A DNA stretch of 64,000 nucleotides from Nemertoderma westbladi (lineage: Eukaryota > Animalia > Xenacoelomorpha): assembly GCA_032718475.1 (NCBI GenBank), contig JAUCBJ010006471.1, positions 5,973-69,972 on the forward strand, written 5' to 3'. The notes beneath the pieces are model-generated. The model ran no database searches, was not told the DNA's origin, and saw only the letters and a list, made by a program, of their open reading frames with translations. The translations under genes and the position numbers were made by a program. This document shows positions 48,001 to 60,000 of the stretch, piece after piece. How positions within the stretch are numbered: the stretch's first letter is position 1; every line of letters begins with the position of its first letter.

Positions 48001-51000
48001 GTCTCTGTAAAATTAAATTATTTGTAAATAATAAGTTCGGTGCGGTAATTACATTATAGTCAGGATCTTCAAAAAGGATCAATAAGGTAAAAAAATTCCA
48101 TTAATTGGATGATGGAAATTTCAGTAGGCCCCTATTCATCAACATCCAAAAACAGGAAAATCCAAGTCGCCCTAGAACTGAGTTTAACTAAAATTATATG
48201 TCGTCCCTATAACATCTTGTGTATATTATTTAATTTGGATTTACAGCTGCTATGTTGTCCTGAGAAAATAACCCCAATATACAATGTAAAACTAGAAATA
48301 AAGGACCTCATAATACAGATTTTCGATAACAAACAAATCACATCTACCGAACACAGCCACTCTAATATTCGCCTTTTGACAACAAACTAAAATAAAATTA
48401 ACATTAATTGTTAGTTTTAGCCTTGTGTAAATGAATAGGATATTTGAAAAAATATGTACATTATTACGAATCTGAAAATTGAAACATTTGTAAAATAGTT
48501 ATAAAATTATTATATATAAGCTGAACTTACAAGTAGCGTAGTTTGGATTTGGATCTAAATGCTCCATCTTCGATAATTCTTAAAGGGTTATTTAACAAGT
48601 AGATGTTCTCAATATTATCCAATCCTGCTAGGCTGTTGATGTGCAAAGTCTCAATAAGGTTGTCAGATAAAGTTAAATCCAATAGGTATCGGCAGTTGGA
48701 GAATGTATAATTTGGTATTGTCTTTATTCTATTACCAATAAGATGCCTTCAAATAAATAGTTACACATCATAGTCATTAATAATTACAGGCAGATATTCT
48801 GTATTCATTATTTTATTTGATAAAAAAAATTAATTTAACTAAATCCCTAGGTGATACGATCTTTGAAATCCGAAGTGACCAAAAAAATGTATGATTTATA
48901 CCGTGTATGATTTATAACGGTATGATTTGGACCGTGTATGATTTGGACCGTGTATGATTTGGACCGTAAATGATTTATACCGTGTATGATTTATACCGTG
49001 TATGATTTATACCGTGTATGATTTATACCATGTATGATTTATACCGTGTATTATTTATACCGTGTATGGTTTATACCGTGTATGATTTGGACCGTAAATG
49101 ATTTATACCATGTATGATTTATACCGTGTATGATTTATACCATGTATGATTTATACCGTGTATGATTTATACTGTGTATGATTTATACCGTGTGTGATTT
49201 ATACCGTGTATGATTTATACCGTGTATGATTTTATACGGTGTACGATTTAAACAATGTATGATTTATACCGTGTATGATTTATACCATGTATGATTTATA
49301 CCGTGTATGATTTATACCGTGTATCATTTATACCGTGTATGATTTTTACCATGTATGATTTATACCGTGTATGATTTATACCGTGTATGATTTATACCAT
49401 GTATGATTTGGACCGTGAATGATTTATACCATGTATGATTTATACCGTGTATGATTTATACCATGTATGATTTATACCGTGTATGATTTATACTGTGTAT
49501 GATTTATACCGTGTATGATTTATACCGCTTATGATTTATACCGTGTATGATTTATAACTTGTATGATTTATACCGCGTATGATTTATACCGTGTATGATT
49601 TATACCGTGTATGATTTATACCGTGTATGATTTATACTGTGTATGATTTATACCGTGTGTGATTTATACCGTGTATGATTTATACCGTGTATGATTTTAT
49701 ACGGTGTATGATTTAAACAATGTATGATTTATACCGTGTATGATTTATACCATGTATGATTTATACCGTGTATGATTTATACCGTGTATCATTTATACCG
49801 TGTATGATTTTTACCATGTATGATTTATACCGTGTATGATTTATACCGTGTATGATTTATACCGTGTATGATTTGGACCGTGAATGATTTATACCATCTA
49901 TGATTTATACCGTGTATGATTTATACCATGTATGATTTATACCGTGTATGATTTATACTGTGTATGATTTATACCGTGTATGATTTATACCGCTTATGAT
50001 TTATACCATGTATGATTTATACCATGTATGATTTATAACTTGTATGATTTGGATCGTGTATGATTGATTGATTTATTTATACCATGTATGATTTATACCG
50101 TGTATGATTTGGCCCATGTATGATTTATACCGTGTATGATTTGGACCGTGTATGATTTGTACCGTGTATGATTTGGACCGTGTATGATTTATACCCTGTA
50201 TGATTTGGACCGTCTATGATTTATACCATGTATGATTTATACCATGATTTGGACTGTGTATGATTTGACCATGTATGATTTATACTGTTTATGATTTATA
50301 CCGTGTATGATTTATACCGTGTATGATTTATACCGTGTATGATTTATACCATGTATGATTTATACCGTGTATTATTTATACCGTGTATGGTTTATACCAT
50401 GTATGATTTATACCGTGTATGATTTTATACGGTGTATGATTTAAAAAATGTATGATTTATACCGTGTATGATTTATAACGGTATGATTTGGACCGTGTAT
50501 GATTTATACCGTGTATGATTTATACCGTGTATGATTTATACCATGTATGATTTATACCGTGTATTATTTATACCGTGTATGGTTTATACCGTGTATGATT
50601 TGGACCGTAAATGATTTATACCATGTATGATTTATACCGTGTATGATTTATACCATGTATGATTTATACCGTGTATGATTTATACTGTGTATGATTTATA
50701 CCGTGTGTGATTTATACCGTGTATGATTTATACCGTGTATGATTTTATACGGTGTATGATTTAAACAATGTATGATTTATACCGTGTATGATTTATACCA
50801 TGTATGATTTATACCGTGTATGATTTATAACGTGTATCATTTATACCGTGTATGATTTTTACCATGTATGATTTATACCGTGTATGATTTATACCGTGTA
50901 TGATTTATACCGTGTATGATTTGGACCGTGAATGATTTATACCATGTATGATTTATACCGTGTATGATTTATACCATGTATGATTTATACCGTGTATGAT

Positions 51001-54000
51001 TTATACTGTGTATGATTTATACCGTGTATGATTTATACCGCTTATGATTTATACCGTGTATGATTTATAACTTGTATGATTTATACCGCGTATGATTTAT
51101 ACCGTGTATGATTTATACCGTGTATGATTTATACCGTGTATGATTTATACCATGTATGATTTATACCATGTATGATTTATAACTTGTATGATTTGGATCG
51201 TGTATGATTGATTGATTTATTTATTCCATGTATGATTTATACCGTGTATGATTTGGCCCATGTATGATTTATACTGTGTATGATTTGGACCGTGTATGAT
51301 TTGTACCGTGTATGATTTGGACCGTGTATGATTTATACCCTGTATGATTTGGACCGTCTATGATTTATACCGTGTATGATTTATACCATGATTTGGACCG
51401 TGTATGATTTGACCATGTATGATTTATACTGTGTATGATTTATACCGTGTATGATTTATACCGTGTATGATTTATACCATGTATGATTTATACCGTGTAT
51501 GATTTACACCGTCTATGATTTATACCGTTGATAATTTATACTGTGTATGATTTATACCATGTATGATTTGGACCGTGTATGATTTATACCATGTATGATA
51601 TGGACCGTGTATGATTTATACCGTGTATGATTTGGACCGTGTATGATTTATACCGTTTATGATTTATACCGTGATTTGGACCGTGTATGATTTGACCATG
51701 TATGATTTATACTGTGTATGATTTATACCATGTATGATTTATACCGTATATAATTTATACCATGTATGATTTATACTGTGTATGATTTATATTGTGTATG
51801 ATTTATACCATGTATGATTTATACAGTGTATGATTTATACCATGTATGATTTATACCGTGTATGATTTATACCGTGTATGATTTATACCGTGTATGATTC
51901 ACACCATGTATGATTAATACCGTTGATGATTTATACTGTGTATGATTTATACCGTGTATGATTTGGACCATGTATGATTTATACCGTGTATGATATGGAC
52001 CGTGTATGATTTATACCATGATTTGGGCCGTGTATGATTTATACTGTGTATGATTTATGCCATGTATACTTTATACCATATATGATTTATACCGTGTATG
52101 ATTTATATCGTGTATGATTTATACCATGTATGATTTATACCGTGTATGATTTATACCGTGTATGATTTATACCATGTATGATTTATACCATGTATGATTT
52201 ATAACTTGTATGATTTGGATCGTGTATGATTGATTGATTTATTTATACCATGTATGATTTATACCGTGTATGATTTGGCCCATGTATGATTTATACTGTG
52301 TATGATTTGGACCGTGTATGATTTGTACCGTGTATGATTTGGACCGTGTATGATTTATACCCTGTATGATTTGGACCGTCTATGATTTATACCGTGTATG
52401 ATTTATACCATGATTTGGGCCGTGTATGATTTGACCATGTATGATTTATACTGTGTATGATTTATACCGTGTATGATTTATACCGTGTATGATTTATACC
52501 ATGTATGATTTATACCGTGTATGATTTACACCGTCTATGATTTATACCGTTGATAATTTATACTGTGTATGATTTATATCATGTATGATTTGGACCGTGT
52601 ATGATTTATACCATGTATGATATGGACCGTGTATGATTTACACCGTGTATGATTTGGACCGTGTATGATTTATACCATTTATGATTTATACCGTGATTTG
52701 GACCGTGTATGATTTGACCATGTATGATTTATACTGTGTATGATTTATACCATGTATGATTTATACCGTATATAATTTATACCATGTATGATTTATACTG
52801 TGTATGATTTATATTGTGTATGATTTATACCATGTATGATTTATACAGTGTATGATTTATACCATGTATGATTTATACCGTGTATGATTTATACCGTGTA
52901 TGATTTACACCGTGTATGATTAATACCGTTGATGATTTATACTGTGTATGATTTATACCGTGTATGATTTGGACCGTGTATGATTTATACCGTGTATGAT
53001 ATGGACCGTGTATGATTTATACCATGATTTGGGCCGTGTATGATTTATACTGTGTATGATTTATGCCATGTATACTTTATACCATATATGATTTATACCG
53101 TGTATGATTTATATCGTGTATGATTTATACCATGTATGATTTATACAGTGTATGATTTATACCGTGTATGATTTATACCGTGTATGATTTATACCATGTA
53201 TGATTTATACCGTGTATGATTTACACCGTGTATGATTTATACCAGTGATGATTTATACTGTGTATGATTTATACCGTGTATGATTTGGACTGTGTATGAT
53301 TTATACCGTGTATGATATGGACCGTGTATGATTTATAACGTGTATGATTTATGCCGTGTATAATTTATACCATGTACGATTTATACCGTGTATGATTTAT
53401 ATCGTGTATGATTTATACCATGTATGATTTATACAGTGTATGATTTATAGCGTCTATGATTTATACCGTGTATGATTTATACCATGTATGATTTATACCA
53501 TGTATGATTTACACCGTGTATGATTTATACCAGTGATGATTTATACTGTGTATGATTTATACCGTGTATGATTTGGAGTGTGTATGATTTATACCGTGTA
53601 TAATATGGACCGTGTATGATTTATACCATGTATGATTTGGACCGTGTATGATTTATACCGTGTATGATTTATACCGTGATTTGGACCGTGTATGATTTGA
53701 CCATGTATGATTTATACCATGTATGATTTATACCGTGTATGATTTATACCATGTATAATTTATTCCATGTATGATTTATACCGTGTATGATTTATACCGT
53801 GTATGATTTATACTGTGTATGATTTAGTATGATTTGGACGGTGTATGATTTATATCATGTATGATTTGGACCATGTATGATTTGTACCGTGTATGATTTA
53901 TACCGTGTATGATTTATACCGTGTATGATTTGTACCGTGTATGATTTATACCGTGTATGATTTATACTGTGTATGATTTATACCGTGTCTGATTTGGACT

Positions 54001-57000
54001 GCGTATGATTTATACCGTGTCTGATTTGGACTGTGTATGATTTATACCATGTATGATTTGTACCGTGTATGATTTATACCATGTATGATTTATACCGTGT
54101 ATGATATACCGTTTATGATTTGGACCGTGTATGATTTATACCATGTATGATTCATACCGTGTATGATTTATACCATGTATGATTTTTACCATGTCTAATT
54201 TGGACTGTGTTTGATTTAAAACGTGTATGATATATACCATGTATGATTTATAACATGTATGATTTATACCATGTATTATTTATACCGTGTATGATTTATA
54301 CTGTGTATGATTTATTATATACCATGTATGATTTATACCATGTATGATTTATACCATGTACGATTTGGACCGTGTATGATTTATACCATGTATGATTTAT
54401 ACCATGTATGATTTATACCATGTATGATTTATACCATGTATGATTTATACCATGTATGATTTATACCGTGTATGATTTATACCATGAATGATTTATACCG
54501 TGTATGATTTATACTGTGTATGATTTATACCGTGTATGATTTATAACTTGTATTATTTATACCGCGTATGATTTATACCGTGTATGATTTATACCGTGTA
54601 TGATTTATACCATGTATGATTTATACTGTGTATGATTTATACCATGTATGATTTATAACTTGTATGATTTGGATCGTGTATGATTGATTGATTTATTTAT
54701 ACCATGTATGATTTATACCGTGTATGATTTGGACCATGTATGATTTATACCGTGTATGATTTGGACCGTGTATGATTTGTACCGTGTATGATTTGGACTG
54801 TGTATGATTTATACCCTGTATGATTTGGACCGTCTATGATTTATACCGTGTATGATTTATACCATGATTTGGACCATGTATGATTTGACCGTGTATGATT
54901 TATACTGTGTATGATATATACCGTGTATGATTTATACCATGTATGATTTATACCGTGTATGATTTACACCGTCTATGATTTATACCGTTAATAATTTATA
55001 CTGTGTATGATTTATACCGTGTATGATTTGGAGCATGTATGATTCATACCATGTATGATATGGACCGTGTATGATTTATACCGTCTATGATTTGGACCGT
55101 GTATGATTTATACCGTGTATGATTTATACCATGATCTGGACCGTGTATGATTTGACCATGTATGATTTATACCATGTATGATTTATACCGTGTATGATTT
55201 ATACCATATATAATTTATACCATGTATGATTTATACTGTGTATGATTTATATTGTGTATGATTTATAACATGTATGATTTATACAGTGTATGATTTATAC
55301 CATGTATGATTTGGACCGTGTATGATCTATACCGTGTATGATTTATACCGTGTATGATTTACACCGTGTATGATATTTACCGTTGATGATTTATACTGTG
55401 TATGATTTATACCGTGTATGATTTGGACCGTGTTTGATTTATACCGTGTATGATATGGACCGTGTATGATTTATACCATGTATGATTTGGACCGTGTATG
55501 ATTTATACCGTGTATGATTTATACCGTGTATAATTTATACCATGTATGATTTATACCGTGTATGATTTATATCGTGTATGATTTATACCATGTATGATTT
55601 ATACAGTGTATGATTTATACCGTGTATGATTTATACCGTGTATGATTTATACCGTGTATGATTTATACCGTGTATGATTTACACCGTGTATGATTTATAC
55701 CATTGATGATTTATACTGTGTATGATTTATACCGTGTATGATTTGGACTGTGTATGATTTATACCGTGTATGATATGGACCGCGTATGATTTATACCGTG
55801 TATGATTTGGACCATGTATGATTTATACCGTGTATGATTTATACCGTGATTTGGACCGTGTATGATTTGACCATGTATGATTTATACCGTGTATGATTTA
55901 TAACATGTATGATTTGGACCGTGTATGATTTGGACCGTGTATGATTTGGACCGTGTATGATTTATACCGTGTATGATTTATACCGTGTATGATTTATACC
56001 GTGTATGATTTATACCATGTATGATTTATACCGTGTATGAGTTATACCATGTATGATTTATACCGTTTATGATTTATAACATGTATGATTTATACCATGT
56101 ATGATTTATACCGTGTATGATTTATACCGTGTATGATTTGGACCGTGTATGATTTATACCATGTATGATTTATACCGTGTATGATTTATACCGTGCTTGA
56201 TTTATACCTGTTATGATTCATACCGTGTATGATTTATACCGTGTATGATTTAAACAATGTATGATTTATACCGTGTATGATTTATACCATGTATGATTTA
56301 TACCGTGTATGATTTATACCATGTATGATTTATACCATGTATCATTTATACCGTGTATGATTTATACCATGTATGATTTATACTGTGTATGATTTATACC
56401 GTGTATGATTTATACCGTGTATGATTTGGACTGTGAATGATATATACCATGTATGATTTATACCGTGTATGATTTATACCATGTATGATTTATACCGTGT
56501 ATGATTTATACCGTGTATGATTTATACCGTGTATGATTTATACCATGTATGATTTATACCGTGTATGATTTACACTGTGTATGATTTATACCATTGATGA
56601 TTTATACTGTGTATGATTTATACCATGTATGATTTGGACTGTGTATGATTTATACCGTGTATGATATGGACCGCGTATGATTTATACCGTGTATGATTTG
56701 GACCATGTATGATTTATACCGTGTATGATTTATACCGTGATTTGGACCATGTATGATTTGACCATGTATGATTTATACCGTGTATGATTTATAACATGTA
56801 GGATTTGGACCGTGTATGATTTATACCGTGTATGATTTATACCGTGTATGATTTGGACTGTGAATGATTTATACCATGTATGATTTATACCGTGTATGAT
56901 TTATACCATGTATGATTTATACCGTGTATGATTTATACCGTGTATGATTTATACCATGTATGATTTATACCGTGTATGATTCATACCACGTATGATTTAT

Positions 57001-60000
57001 AACTTGTATGATTTATACCGTGTATGATTTATACCGTGTATGATTTATACCATGTATGATTTATACCGTGTATGATTTATACCATATATGATTTATACCA
57101 TGCATGATTTATAACTTGTATGATTTGGATCGTGTATGATTGATTGATTTATTTATACCATGTATGATTTATACCGTGTATGATTTGGACCATGTATGAT
57201 TTATACCGTGTATGATGTGGACCATGTATGATTTGTACCGTGTATGATTTGGATCATGTATGATTGATTTATTTATTTATACCATGTATGATTTATACCG
57301 TGTATGATTGGGACCATGCATGATTTATACCGTGTATGATTTGGACCGTGTATGATTTGTACCATGTATGATTTGGACCGTGTATGATTTATACCCTGTA
57401 TGATTTGGACCGTCTATGATTTATACCGTGTATGATTTATACCATGATTTGGACCGTGTATGATTTGACCGTGTATGATTTATACTGTGTATGATTTATA
57501 CTGTGTATGATTTATACTGTGTATGATTTATACCATTGATAATTTATACTGTGTATGATTTATACCGTGTATGATTTGGACCGTGTATGATTTATACCAT
57601 GTATGATATGGACCGTGTATGATTTATACCGTGTATGATTTGGACCGTATACCGTGTATGATTTATACCGTGATTTGGACCATGTATGATTTGACCATGT
57701 ATGATTTATACCGTGTATGATTTATACAATGTATGATTTATGCCGTATATAATTTATACCATGTATAATTTATACTGTGTATGATAGGATGAGAGGATTA
57801 TTGCATCATCCTTGATGAATCACCTATAAATTGGCTGTATTTCCGGTATGTGCTTACTCTTAATCTAATTGTTAAATTCTTGTTGGATATCTCTCTTAGC
57901 TTCTCAGTTTTGGACCCTATATTTGTTTCTTTCAATAATTCGTAATTATTTGTAATTTCTGTTTTAAATTCTTTGCCGTGTTTCTCAATCAATCTTAATG
58001 GCTACTGCAAATTACAATTTCGAATTATGATTTCTACCCTTTGATTAATAGTTCTATGTGATTTAAGATGCGATAATCCCACGGGATTTTCTTTAGACTG
58101 TCAGACTGTTTGTGGTTGCATGCGCCGCTACGGTAGCTATTCGTTCTAATGGAGGGCTAAGGTACCGGTAGGCGCGGCAGGCGCACCGGGGGGTAGCGAC
58201 GAAGAGAGTGAGGAGGATTCAAAAGCGAGCAACGCTGACGGGGGTCACCGTTGCGGCCGGGAGGTAGTCAGTGGGGACCGGAGACCGGTAGCCGGGACAG
58301 TAATAGGGGGCTGACGATCCAGATTTTGTCTCTATTTGTAGTGTTAGGGGGGCAGGACTTGGGTTGGTTAGGAAGCCTATATGTACCCGGGAGAGGCCTT
58401 CGTGTCTTACACTGCAAACTGTAAACTGTTAAGTATCAACTATAAATTGCTAATTGTGAGTTGTTGATTGCGTACTATACTGATATACTGAACTGATGCG
58501 CTACTGTGTGGTTTTAGTACACTAGCTGATTGGTAGTTAACGCAGTACTGTATTAAAAACTGATTGCTACGCTGATTTGTGTGTTGCTAAAGTGTGCCTG
58601 ATTCTTAATTGTGAATGCTTAGTTAGGCGCCTTTTCCTTGATTGATTTCTATTTCTTAGTTTACGATAAATAATTGCTGATTAGGTCAAAATAATACAGT
58701 ATTTAGGCTGTTGCTAGTGTAACCCAGTGCGTAATAAATTAGAATTGCGTATTCTGGAACATTAGTAATTAGTACGCTGTTTCATATTTATGACTGTAGT
58801 TAATTAGCGTTAAAATAAGAAATTGTATGCAGCATAGCGGAGAGTAGTTTAAGTAATTATTTAGAATACTGTAGACTATTCACGCTAGGCAGTTATTTGA
58901 AAGTAGCGGGCAACAAGCTGGTAGCAGTATCCAGTATACAGTAGTAAGTTGCTGGCCTAAAGCCAGCCGAAGGCAAGTTTAGACCCACATACAGTACTGC
59001 CACCGATCAAATTAGGTCATCCTGTCAATTTTTGAGTTATTTAAACATTCTCACATTCATACATTCTGTTAGGGAACCCCAGTATTTGCGATTAGGCGAT
59101 AAGTGAACACACTGAGTGTGAGCCTCTCCCACTCATTTTAAGTAGCTTAGGGAGCCGATTCGGGTTTATTGTTTTGGTTATTACCGCGTGGCTCATAGAT
59201 TCGAACAGTTAGCTCTCTATCGAGCGATCGTTAGAGAAAGGAACAAGCGATTTGCAGGAGCTGTATAAAATTAGTAAAATATATTAGCGGACGGCAGGTT
59301 AGCGCCATCCAGCGGTAAGAAGCAGTTTTGTGTTTAGCAGCAGTGCAGCAGTAATAACGCGCTCCTGATCACCCCTGTTTAACATATACCGTTAATGATT
59401 TATACTGTGTATGATTTATACTGTGTATGATTTGGACTGTGTATGATTTATACTGTGTATGATATGGACCGTTTATGATTTATACCGTGTATGATTTGGA
59501 CCGTGTATGATTTATACTGTTTATGATTTATACCGTGATTTGGACCGTGTATGATTTGACCGTGTATGATTTGTACCGTGTATGATTTATACCGTGTATG
59601 ATTTATACCGTGTATGATTTATACCGTGTATGATTTATACCGTTTATGATTTATACCGTGTATGATTTATACCATTGATGATTTATACCCTATATGATTT
59701 ATACTGTGTATGATTTGGACTGTGTATGATTTATACCATGTATGATTTATACTGTGTATGATTTATACCGTGTATGATTTGGACCTATATTATTTTATTT
59801 CATGTTACAAAACTTAATAATTTTTAGTTTATATTTATAATAGTTTATTTTTTAGGCCTTCAACATCTTTAATATTTAATCTCCCCGCTTTAACATCTAT
59901 ATCTGTGTTTCTAAAATGTGTTTACTTACAATATTTGTAATTTCTCACAGTTGCATAAACTTTGTGGTATGTCTGTTATTTTGTTGTCATTTAGTGTTGC

